Positions 12,182 to 24,747 of a stretch of DNA of 64,000 bases are shown here, piece by piece. The notes beneath the pieces are model-generated. The model searched no databases, was not told the DNA's origin, and saw only the letters and a list, made by a program, of their open reading frames with translations. Source of the DNA: Macrostomum hystrix (Eukaryota; Animalia; Platyhelminthes); contig CATNEN010000002.1 of assembly GCA_950097015.1 (NCBI GenBank), forward strand, positions 3,534,001-3,598,000. The letters run 5' to 3'. The stretch's first letter is position 1; each line of letters begins with the position of its first letter. A program made the translations under genes and the position numbers.

Positions 12182-13258
12182 TATAAAGACAAGTGACTAG
12201 CCCATAGAATTCTAAGCATTAGCATGCTAAAGCAAAGCAAAGCAAAAAGACAAAGAGTATGCATAGTAGGTCACTACATTTATGCCTTACGAGTAATGTG
12301 AATGAACATGAACCGCTAAACAGGATTAGATGACAATGGGAACAAAACAAATTCAGACTCAACAGGAAAGAGGATAGCTTCCCTTGAGGAACGCCAGAAA
12401 TTGATCGTCGCGACAAGGCATAATAACCAATAAGCAAATTTCCAGATGGATAAGGATGCACATACAAATCACGGCGAAAAATCAAAACTACACCAGAAAC
12501 TGAGTTGGAAGTGACATTTTTACCAAATAAATTGACCATTAACAAATGCACAGTTATCCGGAGGTTTGGGAGAGAACTTGAAAGGACATTTAAATTTGTC
12601 CTCTTTACTTGCTAAAAGCTCTCATGTGTTATGTCAATGTGTTATGTCTATAGCCTGCGACTGCTTGTGCGTCTGATTTCTGCCTCGTTTTTGCATAACC
12701 GCACTTTGCGGCGACGATGTGCCAATGTTGGCACAAAGTTGAGCTCTATGGCACAGAAGCCAGCAATGGAAAATGGCAAGAAACAGTAGTACATGTATAT
12801 TATAGTATACGTTAGTTCGTTAGGTTACAGTTTGAAAAGGCGTTCGTCGTAGGCAATCAAAACTTTTGGATTAAAAAGTCAGCTTTACCCCCCGGATGTT
12901 CGCAATTTCGTTCGATACTTTTCAATCTGCTACTCCTGACTATGCCAGTGTTTCAATGCTAACGTGAAGCTAATAGTTTAAATTTGAGAACGTACTATTA
13001 GGCGAGACAAGTGTAGATATTGTTCAGCGGCAAAATACAGAAAAGATTGTACGCTCGAAATATCGGTCGAGAAAACTTCAACAGCATCAGCATACAGAAG
13101 AGATTGTATGCTCGAAATATCGGTCGGAAAAACTTCAACAGCATCAGCAATAACATGTGACTTCAAGATGCCTACAATGTTCTCTCTAGGCTCACTTTGG
13201 AAGTCTTTCATACAGCAAAGTTATGAGAAAAACGACGTCGACGAATCGATATTTCAAT

Positions 13259-14850
13259 TTACACCTGGGCATTGGCGTGCCAATCACCAAAGCAGGGGGT
13301 GGCACAAAGGCCAGGGTTGCCAGCACAGCTGCCGCAACAGAAGATGGTTTTCTTCGCTCGGCCGTCTTATAGCATTGTCTACAACGCTTAGCTGGGCGAG
13401 CCTGTGCATCAGTCGGATCCAATCGCTTCAGCAAATGCTGCTGCAAGGCTCCAGCCGCGAACTGCTGCACCCGAGTCTGCCGGCTGCGAGCTGGTCCAGT
13501 TGATTCAACGAAGTCTTTAATGGTGACTTCCAGGAATTCTAGAAAGCAGAGCGAGCCACCACAGGATCGGTACGCGACCCAGCCATTCCTGACCAGCACC
13601 AAGAAGAAATGCGCGCCAAGCTTGGCAAACCACCTTTGCGTCCTTCTGTTCGAACTGTACGGCTGCAAAGCAGAGTCCAGCCTGTCAACGCCGCCCATGA
13701 ACCTGCTATACACTGTCGCCGTCAGAGGCTTCAGCTCAACAATCTCCTGATTGCCTCTCCCGATTCGATGGATTGGGAGAACGGCGGCGGCATTCTTGCT
13801 GTCAATGAAATGCACAGTCTTCACTCCAGAAGCCTTCCTTGTCACGAACTTGACAGCTAGCGTGTTCCCATTGCGCATGAACGCGCAGCCAGGAGCAGGT
13901 ACAACGCGGTCAGCACGCACTGTGCATGTCAGGAGTGTGCTGCGCTGCAACAGATAGGCTGCCAGGCGACACGATCCAAACCAGTTGTCACAGAAGACAT
14001 GGTAGCCGAGGTCCAGAATGTATCTGCATGCCTCAACCAGCACCTTTTCGCTCATCGAGAGCCCATCACATCCTAGGTCTTGCCCAAACTTGTCATTTTC
14101 AGCTCTGCTTAAGTGCACAAGGAAGTTGCAGACGTAGCCTGTCGTCGCCTCACACAGGCAGTAGTTCTTGATCCCATATCGCGCTTTCTTAGCCGGCATG
14201 TGCTGGCGGAACAGCACACATCCTCGGAATAACACCAGCTCCTCGTCAACACTCACCTCCTCTGGCATGTACACTCTCCGGCAGATCTCAGACACGCAAG
14301 TGATGAAAGGTCGCGCCTTAGCTAGGGGATCAGTAGCATCGAAGTCGGTGCAATCGTAGAAGCGCAACAGACAGGTGGTCTGCTGGAAGAGTGGTGTTGC
14401 ATAAAACTCACTTGTAGACCAGTAGTGGGTCACTTCCGGTTTCTTGACGATTCCCATGTAAAGGGACATTGCTACAAACTTCGACATCTCGGGAACAGTG
14501 ACTGCCTTCCAGGTCGAGAATCGCGATGGTAGGTCTTCCATTGCAGCTTGCAGCTCCTCGAATTTGCGCCATGCACGTGCATTGGTCCAGTCCCACAACT
14601 TCTGCAGCAACTCCGGAGTCAGAAACATTCTGCTGTATCAGAAACATTGGCTCCATGAAGGCCAGGTAAAATCTCGTTCTCGTCAAGTGGAGCCCCGCTA
14701 TCGTGATCACATTCATCTTCATCGTCTGTAAATAGACTATCTTCTTCTTCCAGCTCCGAGTCTGTATCGGGATCAAAAGCTGCGTCCACGGCGGCCATGT
14801 AGAAAAACTTTTGGCTAATATCATTTTGACTTTAGTCAGCAAAGGGATGA
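13259..14850 (-). pseudogene. piggyBac-family transposase, decayed
   Basis: VDEELVLFRG, KKARYGIK, DNWF and MGGVD motifs; acidic N-terminus in another frame with a deletion. A frameshift near 13350 hides the Cys-rich tail KTIFCCGSCAGNPGLCATPCFGDWH. TTAA/TIR ends not found. Confidence 0.88.
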
Positions 14851-16057
14851 CGTAGTGGTTTATAAGAGAGGCGCCGATTTGCTTGCTGAATGAAATAAAT
14901 ATTGACCCCACTTTGGCTTGAAGAGTTATATAAATATGTGCGTTCAGGGGTTTAAATATCATGTACAATTCAAACATCGGATAAGTCGGTGATGAAATGT
15001 ACATATCGCATACTGAGAAGGAGGGAGAGAGTGCACATCAGGAAAATAGTTGAAGCAGCTAAAGTGAAAGAGAGCCATTTCATATGTGTGGGCTGTGGAG
15101 ATTAACGAAGAGCGCGCTGCCGCAAACTAGGGCTATGGCTGTCCAGCGTGAAAATCGCCAAACTGCACGTATGGCATGAAATCAACTAATATACTAATTT
15201 AATGTCTACTTGGTTGCTAGCTACCATTGTGCTTCAGTCCATGAAGTTTCAAGAAGTTCCTATCTCACTAGTGCTTTAGTGCATTTCTAGATGAAAATCT
15301 GCCTTTAATAATTTTCATAAGAAACAATATGTCCCATCCTTTTTCTACTTGTGGTCCTTGTAAATTATCTATAATTTGTGTTGGAATATCAGAATATAGT
15401 AGAAAGGTCCACTTCCTAATTAGTAGAAACAAAAAATAAAGAAGAGCATGTTTTAATTTAATTTAATTTTCAACATGTTTTGCCTTTGCTTAAGGCATTG
15501 TTAGGAAGTTTATTTTATGAAAGTTTGTATAGAGACTATATAAATAGGGTTGAGTAAAGTAGACAAAGTCAATGAAAATAGGTATGGGGTCAAAGGAATT
15601 GCACAAAAATGCACACAAGGGTGAATAGATCAAAGGTTACGTAACAGAGAGAGTAAAGAGAGAAAGAGGAGAGTAAAGAGAGAGAGAGCCACAGGAATGT
15701 GGGCTGTGAATACACATCAAAACAGCCTTAAGAGAGCACTGGCACTGCAATAGCTAAGCTGTTTGTTAATCAATGGCTTGTTATTTTTAATGTACAATGC
15801 TTCAATAATTTTGAGGCGGTGGTCATTGTTACATTTGTGCATAATGGAAAATCTACTGCTTGGTTCACTGTTTGTGAACTGCTGTGTACATTAATTGCAA
15901 ATCATGATGTGGTTGTGCACAGCAGATTGTCTTACCCAGTGCTTATTGTGTACATGTGTCGTTTAGTTTTACCAATATGCCCATAGGTAATGCTCTGATC
16001 CACAGAGCACTAAATTCACAGAGAATTAATATATGACACCTATTAGAATATCACACC

Positions 16058-16392
16058 TGTCGCTAAATTATCATGAAGTGCGCCTGCACTGGCCCCCCTC
16101 ATGCATTATCTTCGCTGCCTGCCCACTTTATCTCTAATTGCTATGCCTCAGCCCCCGTGTTCGCCACCCCTCTCGATCTGCTCGTCTCTTATCTTTCTCT
16201 CCGCAATGTACGCTCAGCCCCCCCGCATTGTTATCTCGCTATAATGAAATAAAATCAATAAACATGGTTACGCGACTTCTGACTATATATCTTGGCCCGC
16301 ACGGGCTCTCGGTCCGGCGCTCAAGTGTTCTAATCGCACCAACAATCAAGCATTGTTCAAGCCTCTCTTAAATTTGCGTGTAAGTCACAACA
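16058..16392 (+). mobile_element. Possible LTR remnant
   Basis: TG...CA bounded, with AATAAA motifs, followed by TGACGCCCGA (degenerate PBS-like). No TSD or partner LTR found. Confidence 0.35.
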
Positions 16393-17439
16393 TGACGCCC
16401 GATCTAAATTAAGACGTTGTTTCGCTCGTCTCGTCGCGGTCTGGTCATCTCGGTTGTCTCGTTGTGAAAGTGAAAGTGACTTGCATTCAATATACTACAT
16501 TTCTTTCAAAACACTAGAACTTTGATAAAGATGGTAGATCAACACAAAAGCACTAGACGGTAAGTAATTAAAACTTTATTTTTTACTTTTACTTTTTATT
16601 TTTTAGCTATATATTCTAGACCATAAATGTACTTATTAATATTGGATGCTTTCAATTCGTTGAGAGCTTCTCTTCTTGACCTAATAATATAAGTGTTTAT
16701 ACACAACTCAGTTTGTGTAACATGGTTTGTTACTTTATTCTGTTTCTGGTAGCATACTGCTTACCACTATAGGCATGAGTTGTCTCTCTTATACTTTAAA
16801 ATTCTTTTTAGTAAATCACTTAAATTATAGATGGCTCATTCTAATTCAAACTCATAATTTCAAATAACTTAAAATCATTTATTTCTGCAAATAGTAGGCC
16901 TGCCTACAATGCTTCTGTCTCTTTACAAATATTAATTCATTTTATAGTAGCATATAACATCATTGTGCAAGTAGTGATACACTTATTCAATTCATAGTTA
17001 TTCATAAAAGTATGTCATATACATAACTTAATGCTTTGCACTGGTTTGTCTATACATCCATTCCCATAAACATAGTATTAAATTAATTAATTGTAGATTA
17101 ATTGTAGTCATTAATTGCAGAGTTTTTAGCCAATGCTCTCTTGCCCTCATATGCAGGTGTCACTTGGGTTTTCCTATGTAGGAAGCGCTCTGATCCTCAG
17201 ATCAAAAATATCATTATCATTATCATTTCACTTATAATTAAAAAATTCTCTGTTGCTAAAATTGTTTCATGCAAATTTAAAGTCTGAATATATGGTAAAT
17301 AGACTCATTACAGCTGGCTCCCCTTTAGCCCTTTCAAAATGTACATTGCTTTGGAATCTGTAGTTCACAGGGCCATCCCTGTGAATCCCATCCAACTAAA
17401 TTGGAGGACCCAACAAGCACCTCAATATTGAGCATGATC

Positions 17440-17712
17440 TATTTATTCTTGTATGGGCTTGTTGGCACAGCTGTGCAGGACAAGCTCGACCCAAATGTTC
17501 CCACCTTGTGCTCTACCTGTGAGGCAGATGAGTCCGTTCTCCTCTCCTCCTCTTCGACTGCCTGACGAGGCCTAGTCCTACACCATCCGCGACCTCTGGG
17601 CCCGTCCAACCGATGTCATCCGGTTGATTGAAGCGCTTTTCCCTGGTGCTGGGGCTGGCCCGAGCCCACCTTACTAAGGACGACCACACACACACACAAG
17701 AAAAAAAAACAA
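17440..17712 (+). mobile_element. 3' fragment of a non-LTR retrotransposon
   Basis: Degenerate C-terminal CCHC-type text (LCSTCEADESV.., DLWARPTDVIRLIE) ending in a (CA)n plus poly-A tail. Confidence 0.45.
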
Positions 17713-18074
17713 AATAGCTTGTAATTAGGACAGCATTAAAGCATGCTAAAGTTCAATGGCTTACTTAAAGAAGAATAGAAAAGTCCAACAGCAAGAAAAT
17801 TTCAGCACGCAATATGTTCACAACTTAAGAAAAATAGCTGTTCTCAGCAGTTTCTGCCTCCACCCGCTTGGCTCTTTCATCCGACATTTTGCCCGATTTC
17901 ATCATATCCGGATTTTCGTCCGCGTCGCAGTGTATTTTTTCCTATCCGAAAAGCGGATGAAAAGTTTACAAAGCGGACGAAAAGTGCAGATTTTGACCCC
18001 TTGATCCGCTCTGCTGTTTTCAATTCGTCCTTTTTCTTCTTCGGATGTTGATCTGCATTCTTGCGGACTAGAGA

Positions 18075-18305
18075 CCGGACCAACATCCGGACGAATAAGA
18101 CGCACACAATTCCGGACCACTAAGTGGACCGAAATCCGCACGAATGAGACGCACGCACCCTGCGGACCACAGACCGGACCGAAATCCGGACGAATGAGAC
18201 GCACGCACCCTGCGGACCACAAAGCGGACCGAAATCCGGATGAAATCCGGACGAATGAGACGCACGCACCCTAGGGACCACAAACCGAATCGAAATCTGG
18301 ACCAC
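18075..18305. repeat. ~50-bp tandem repeat (GGACCGAAATCCGGACGAATGAGACGCACGCACCCTGCGGACCAC), 4-5 copies
   Basis: Directly visible. It lies downstream of DUF4806-like gene C and may be subterminal repeats of the CMC element (inference). Confidence 0.8.
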
Positions 18306-19621
18306 TGCATGCTCAGTTCCAGCACCCACTTATTCGAACAACCCATGCGTATGCAGATGCATCAACAGTTTAGCTTAAACAAACAAGTGCTGCAGTGAAA
18401 GAATTGAAGTCTGACAAGACTGACAATGACGCATTACTTTTGTTTTCGCAAGAAATGATTATGTCCAGTACGTGCTGGGAATACTTTTTATAAAGAATGT
18501 TATGAATGCTTACGTCTATACTTTAAATGCACACTTAGGTCAATAAGGCCAACAAGGCCAACAAGCGACAACGAACACAAACTGTCGAGACTGGATCGAT
18601 CCCTTTTGATCATTTGATCTAATGACTTATGTATCACTTTGCAGTCTTTCTCCGAATTCTAACAGCCCTTCGATAGTCTTGCAAGGCAGAGCTACAGGCA
18701 GGTTGTTTGATTCAACTGACAACCCTTGACGGTTTGCCATGGCGCCGATTTTTTCTTCTATAGTGTACTAGGGCTAAATTTACAATATTTAATAACAGGC
18801 TTTTATAAGAAAATCCCACTTCAGACACCAAAGTTGTAACGGGGCTATTTTAACAATTTCACTGCTGTTGACTCAATTTAAAAGATATTTGACTAGTGGT
18901 CCTTAAATGGGCCGTTTTAGCTTCTGAAATGGTAGCGTATGTATTCGCACGAGCGGTAACTAGGCAACTGTACACGTTTCCAGTCAATTAGGCGTCCCCG
19001 AGATTAGAGTTTAGCAGTTTCCTTTTTGCAATATTCTTAGTATAATTCTGAGTATGGTTCTGAGTATAATTCTGAGTATGGTTCTGAGTATATTTCCGAG
19101 TATAGTCCTGAATATAGTTCTGAGTATAGTTCTGAGTATATTTCTCACTGCTAGCCTCTCTTAAAATGAATAACACAATGCAACACTTGAATCTTTTGAT
19201 TTAAAACACACTTAGAAACTCTTCTTAAACACTTCGAAAACTTCAACTTCAGAAAACTTTAGTAAACTTTAGCAAGCTCAAACGACTTAAACGACTTATA
19301 TTTTCCCAGTAAAAAATTGCGGCTAGATATGCAGTAAAAAATAAACTTTTGTTTTAATGGCGACTTTTACATAGTATTATTTACAAGATACAAAATAAAA
19401 CAAAATATTTACATGCGGCATTATTTTTCTTAAGGTACAAAATAAAACAAAAAAGTTATTTTTGGCGCGTTTTTCAATTTTCTCTTTTTATATATTTTTT
19501 ACACATATTTTTATAGAAAACGTATTTACAGTAATGAAACTAAAAATACACTGTTATAACCTGCCCTCTCTAATCTGAAAATTCGAATGAAAAAAAAGAG
19601 ATTGAGTGAAAATTTTCAGAC

Positions 19622-20320
19622 TTAAAAATTACAAGGTGCAGGCAAGTTTTTATAATAGGGGTATCCTATCTGATTGAAAATCCACCTTAGCTCTATCGTC
19701 GTAAGTCGATGTTGGAAAGGCCGGCCATCCGCTCTTCTTAGTTGTTGCATCTCTTCTTCAACGGCCGTAAGGACTGTGCAAGCATGCGGCTGAGGCATTA
19801 GTTCGCGCAGGGCCTTCACCGCTGGCCAGACTTGAGCCCTCTGCGGTAGGGCCTCATCCATCCGCAGGTATGCAATCCTCACCAGATAGCGATGAATGGC
19901 ATATTTGAGGCGCTCCGCATGTTCTCCGTATGCCAGCATCACGTCGTGGCAGGTTTTCTCCGGCGGCGTTGGCGGCGCTGGCGGCGCTGGCGGCGCTGGC
20001 GGTGCTGGCGGCGCTGGCGGCGCTGTCGGCGCTGGCGGCGCGCCTGCTGCTCCTTGGGGCCGCTTCAGTAGAATCTGCTGGGTGCCTTTCACTTCTGGTG
20101 TGGCCTTGACATGCGGGACGATCGGCGCCGCTGCTTGAGCTGTCAAGATGACCGTCCTCTTCTTATGCGGCTCTTCTATTTGCCGAACCTTTACTGGCGA
20201 TGAGGTTCTTGGCCGCTTTCCCGTTACAGGTCGGGGCCTCGTCGGTTGCCTCTCCGGTATTACGTCCAAATCGACTTCTTCCTCAAGCGATCTCAAAATC
20301 TGGTCAAGTTCGTCTTCCAT
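19622..20320 (-). CDS. Gypsy accessory ORF3, unknown function (start MEDELD; upstream ATG at 20371 possible)
   Basis: Intact ORF, clearly homologous over its full length to 48710-49393. Contains GKRPR, a poly-Pro/Ala linker and a helical-looking C-terminal domain; no signal peptide or TM segment seen. Confidence 0.85.
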   Translation of the reverse strand: MEDELDQILRSLEEEVDLDVIPERQPTRPRPVTGKRPRTSSPVKVRQIEEPHKKRTVILTAQAAAPIVPHVKATPEVKGTQQILLKRPQGAAGAPPAPTAPPAPPAPPAPPAPPAPPTPPEKTCHDVMLAYGEHAERLKYAIHRYLVRIAYLRMDEALPQRAQVWPAVKALRELMPQPHACTVLTAVEEEMQQLRRADGRPFQHRLTTIELRWIFNQIGYPYYKNLPAPCNF

Positions 20321-20370
20321 TTCTTTGGCTTTTACAAAATTGGTGTTTTCACGTGCTGACCCTCCCTTCA

Positions 20371-20520
20371 TTATATAGGCTTTGGGGGTTGGCAAAAAGC
20401 GAAATTATCATGGAAACGGTTGTTAAGTTCTATCTCGATTGTTATTGGCTGGCGCGGGAGGTGGGGTTAGGCAGACTCACGGCTGTGTGGCGTGGGCCGG
20501 GAGAAAGTGGCTGAGCATAG
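20371..20520 (-). promoter_or_regulatory. Putative internal Pol II promoter for ORF3
   Basis: TATATAA at 20377-20371, GCCAGCCAAT at ~20453-20444 and a GC-rich upstream block; nearly identical to 49450-49610. Confidence 0.55.
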
Positions 20521-22000
20521 TTGAGCATAGCAGAATTTTCTTTTCTTCATAAAACTTTTAATATTCAACTTTAAGTTTCAAGTTAAATGTTTTTGAAAAG
20601 CTGGCATCAAGACGAATACATTGCTTTTTAAATTTTTCGAATATCTTATATGGTTCTCATTTTGTTGACTGGCTGCACTAAAAAGGGCCGTTTAACTTCT
20701 TCTACTGTCCATTATTCATTCTCTCGTAGTTAATCGCATTATTACGTGGTCTAAGATTATATCTCGCTTCAGGAACTTGATCCTCTTCGTACTGCTCAGT
20801 TTCTTGTTCATCTGGTTCTTCTTCTTCAGCTTCCTCTTGAATTTCTTCCTCAATTTCTCCTTCTATTACACTTTCGATTTCTTCTTCAGATTCTTCGATA
20901 TCCTCGGGTTCTCTTATTCTCCACTGTAATCTTCTCTCATCATCTTCTTCTTCTATCACAATTTCTTCTGTTTTCTTCTCCTTGACTTTTGTCTTCTGCT
21001 TATTAGTCTGCCCTCTCTTAATTTTTGGCTCTGTCTTCTTTTAATTCTCGGATGTCTTCTTCTTTCCAGGCTATCAGGTCCTTATAGAGGGGGAACTTTG
21101 TTGAACTATGTTCATCTGTTCCTACTTTTCAAGCAGACTTAGAGATAGTCGGTCAGAAATTTCAGATACATGGCCTAATCACTGGCACATTTTCCTCACT
21201 TTCTCTCGAGGGCTCAACTTCTTTTCACACTTATCAGTCAGGGCAGTCTGGCAGCTCTTATGCACAAGGCTGAGGCCGCATTAAGACTATTGTTTCTGAT
21301 ATTTTTCTCTTTGAACAACTCACTGACTTCACTTCTTTTTCCTGAAAGATTAACTTTGATCTCCTTTCTTTTTGAAACATTCAGCTGGCATCAAGACGGA
21401 TTAGTTACAGAAGTCTGACATCTCTTTTCGTTGTTTTTACTCTTAATTTTACTTTGCTTGTTATTTATGTGAGTAGGCATAATCGTTTATCTGTCTGTGG
21501 TTACGTGTTTTTTTTAACATAATAATTGCATGTTTATCACTTTATACTTTTTATATTTTTATTGTTTTTATTTCCTTTTATTACATTTTTTACATAGTTT
21601 ATATACACAAAGCATTTCTATACACTATTTACAAATTCAGCTTCATCTTTCACTGTTCCTGTTGGAAGACTTTATTTATTCTCAGAGCGTTTCAGGACGA
21701 CTCTGCACACATGATAACCTGGTCTTTTGTTTTGTTCTTCGCTGATTCTGCTTTTGGGTTCTGTTGATGTTCCAGGTGTGCCACATTGATAGCACCTGTT
21801 GAACATGTGGAAGTTATCCTTCGTTATGGTCTCGTGATTCCTTCTTCCTCTTCCGGCTGATCGATTCTCAGTTGCCTGTTGTTTTCCAAACAATGAAGGA
21901 TGAGCTGGCTGCTGGTTCATCAGAACTGCCATTATCAACATTAAAATCGACATCTTAATCTCTTTTACTGGTTTCACTCTGTTTTAATCGCTGCTTCTCT

Positions 22001-22019
22001 AATCCCACCGCTGCCACCA
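22001..22019 (-). promoter_or_regulatory. Primer-binding site complementary to tRNA-Leu
   Basis: TGGTGGCAGCGGTGGGATT is the reverse complement of the metazoan tRNA-Leu(AAG/TAG) 3' end ...AATCCCACCGCTGCCA-CCA. Confidence 0.85.
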
Positions 22020-22370
22020 AAGTTGTACTAGGGCTAAATTTACAATATTTAATAACAGGCTTTTATAAGAAAATCCCACTTCAGATACCAAAGTTGTAAC
22101 GGGGCTATTTTAACAATTTCACTGCTGTTGACTCAATTTAAAAGATATTTGACTAGCGGTCCTTAAATGGGCCGTTTTAGCTTCTCAAATGGTAGCGTAT
22201 GTATTCGCACGAGCGGTAACTAGGCAACTGTACACGTTTCCAGTCAATTAGGCGTCCCCGAGATTAGAGTTTAGCAGTTTCCTTTTTGCAATATTCTTAG
22301 CATAATTCTGAGTATGGTTCTGAGTATATTTCCGAGTATAGTCCTGAATATAGTTCTGAGTATAGTTCTG

Positions 22371-24747
22371 ACTCCGAGCTCGATCAGAAAGTGCAGCGCG
22401 TACTGCAGGCTCTGCAGTCAGCTGGAATGACCATCAACCTGGACAAGTCGAACCTAAGAGCAACAGAAGTTTCCTTCCTAGGCTACAGAATCAGCGCCTC
22501 AGGAATAACTCCGGACCCGGAGTTGGTGAAAAAAATTCGCTCTGTGAAGCCCCCCAAGGACAAGAAGCAACTGGAGTCTTTCCTGGGACTTGCCAACTTC
22601 TTCGGTCGGTTCATCAAGAGCTACTCAGATGTCATCGAGCCGCTAAATCAGCTGCGAGGCCGAGCAGCAGAGTTCAACTGGGGCCCTGCTCAGCAAGCCG
22701 CTTTCTCACTGATCAAGGACACCCTCAGCCGAAGACCGGTCATCAAGCCTTACAACAGACACGAGGAGACCACGCTCACTACCGACGCCAGCGAGAAGGC
22801 CATTGCAGCGGTCCTGTCTCAGGCCGGACACCCGGTCATGTACTTCAGTCGACGGTTGAGCAGTGCTGAGACTCGCTACTCCAACATCGAGAGGGAGGCG
22901 CTCGCAATCGTGTGGGCCATGGAGCGAGCCAAGCAGTTCCTGCTAGGATCGCGCTTCACGCTGAAAACCGACCACCGCCCGCTGGAGTTTATCTTTGGCA
23001 CGAGGCGCCAGCTGCCGAAGGTTGCAAACGCCAGGCTGCTTCGGTGGGCCATAAAGCTGATGGCATTCGACTACGACATCATCTACACCAAGGGCGAGTC
23101 GATTCCGCAAGTCGACGCGCTAACACGGCTGGACTTCGACGGCGACAGCTCGCAGAATCAGGGCGACCAGCTCGAGAGCGTCATCCACTGGACGGCAGAA
23201 GCCGTAATTCCATGGCAGGAGCTCAAGGAAAAAACCCAGCGGGAGAGGCTGCTGATGGACATCACGAAGCGAGTCGCCACTAACAGATGGTCCAACTGCT
23301 CACCAGCTGAGAAGCCTTTCAAAGCGGCCCGATTCGCCCTGACTGTGGAAGACGGAGTCCTCTGCTACGGCGATCGCGTGGTAATCCCAGCCGTCCTCCG
23401 GCAAAAAGTACTCCGGCTGGTGCACAACGATACGCACCAAGGATCCAGCTCGACTCGCGCCCGTCTTCAGAACTCCGCCTGGTGGCCCGGCTACTGCAAC
23501 GACGTGGAGGCCTTCATCCGCAGCTGCCCAACCTGCTCGAGGCTTCGACCAAGTGGCCCAGCGACTGTTCACCGGTGGCCCGAGGAGCAGGAGCCCTGGC
23601 ACTTAGTGCACATGGATCATGCGAATGTGCCGAAGGTCGGACTGCTGCTCATTCTGGTCGATGCGATGTCTGGCTGGCCAGAGGCTGTGCGAGTGCCGAA
23701 CCGAGACGCGACAACCGTCAAGCGAGTACTCCAGGCTGTCTTCGCGAGAACCGGGGTGCCACACGTGCTCGTCAGCGATAACGCCGCCGAGTTCCACGAC
23801 GCGAATCTCCTCGCCTGGCTAGAGAGGATCGGCTGTCGAGCTCTGAAGACCCCGCCGCGACATCCACAATCAAACGGCCTGGCGGAGCGGATGGTACAAT
23901 CCATCAAGCGGGCATCGGCGGCGTGGAACCAGCAGTCGGAACCGTACGATTCATTCTTGTCCAGGCTGCTCCTGAACTACAGGTGCGTACCGCATGCAGG
24001 CCGGCTGCAGAGCCCGGCGCAGCTCATGGGACGGCAGCTGCGCAACCCGATCACCATGCAGACGCCAATCGGAGCGAGCGTCTGGTACACGCCCGGCGGC
24101 AAGCAGGTCCAAGAGCGAGCCGAGTTCGTTGCCCAGAAGGGCACCAACACAGCACTGATCGCACGGCAAGGAGGCCAGGTCACACTAGCTCACGCTGACC
24201 AGCTGCGTCCCATCATCGAGAGGCAGCCGACTGAGCCAGCACGGCACCAGCCTGAAGAGTCCGCCCCGCATCAGCCCATCGAGCAGCAGCAAACGGAGCA
24301 GCCTGTCGAGCACCAGCCGGACGGTCTCCACCAAGACCATCAGGGCGCGGTCGGCGAGCCGGCCGAGGAACCAGAGCCCCGCTACCCGGTGCGTGCGAAC
24401 AGAGGTGTGCCGCCAGCTCGATTCGAAGGGGGAAGATGAGGCGGCGTTTAAGTTGTAGTGAACTTGAGTTGTGTGACTTATTTTGCACCGCAACTTGTTT
24501 ACCATATTTTGTTCTCACTTATTTTAATCCACTGCAAGTACGAGCGTACATACTCATTTTCTCTAATACATTCTGTCTACCTGTGCGCGCCTAGCCCACC
24601 ACCCCAAATATTGCCACCTTCCACCACTTTACCCTGATCGCTATATAATATCTCGCTATTCATTGTCGCACACTGAAATATAGAATTTTGCTCGCCTTAT
24701 TCTCAAACTAGCAGAATGAACTTTTATTAGTCATTTGCGACACAACA
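22371..24747 (+). mobile_element. 5'-truncated Gypsy (pol half plus 3' LTR) nested in the 5' LTR of the non-autonomous element
   Basis: PPT GAAGGGGGAAGA, LTR 24437-24747 (TG...CA); the host LTR resumes at 24748. Confidence 0.85.
22391..24439 (+). CDS. Gypsy pol fragment (RT end, RNase H, integrase)
   Basis: TDAS, YSNIEREALA, TDHRPL, H..H/C..C zinc motif, DNA..F and SNGLAER; the TGA stop forms the first bases of the LTR. Confidence 0.92.
   Translation: MQRVLQALQSAGMTINLDKSNLRATEVSFLGYRISASGITPDPELVKKIRSVKPPKDKKQLESFLGLANFFGRFIKSYSDVIEPLNQLRGRAAEFNWGPAQQAAFSLIKDTLSRRPVIKPYNRHEETTLTTDASEKAIAAVLSQAGHPVMYFSRRLSSAETRYSNIEREALAIVWAMERAKQFLLGSRFTLKTDHRPLEFIFGTRRQLPKVANARLLRWAIKLMAFDYDIIYTKGESIPQVDALTRLDFDGDSSQNQGDQLESVIHWTAEAVIPWQELKEKTQRERLLMDITKRVATNRWSNCSPAEKPFKAARFALTVEDGVLCYGDRVVIPAVLRQKVLRLVHNDTHQGSSSTRARLQNSAWWPGYCNDVEAFIRSCPTCSRLRPSGPATVHRWPEEQEPWHLVHMDHANVPKVGLLLILVDAMSGWPEAVRVPNRDATTVKRVLQAVFARTGVPHVLVSDNAAEFHDANLLAWLERIGCRALKTPPRHPQSNGLAERMVQSIKRASAAWNQQSEPYDSFLSRLLLNYRCVPHAGRLQSPAQLMGRQLRNPITMQTPIGASVWYTPGGKQVQERAEFVAQKGTNTALIARQGGQVTLAHADQLRPIIERQPTEPARHQPEESAPHQPIEQQQTEQPVEHQPDGLHQDHQGAVGEPAEEPEPRYPVRANRGVPPARFEGGR

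Noticed and set aside
13259-14850. piggyBac near ERCC8 as an analogue of the CSB-PGBD3 fusion
   Set aside because: That fusion involves ERCC6, not ERCC8. This transposase has deletions and frameshifts and no clear in-frame acceptor.
20200-20514. Conserved antisense ORF (LWGLAKSEIIMETVV..) also at 49261-49671
   Set aside because: Explained by nucleotide conservation of the promoter-like block; the ORF starts, ends and local frame differ between the two copies.
22001-22019. tRNA gene
   Set aside because: Only 19 nt complementary to a tRNA 3' end including CCA, next to an LTR; this is a PBS.
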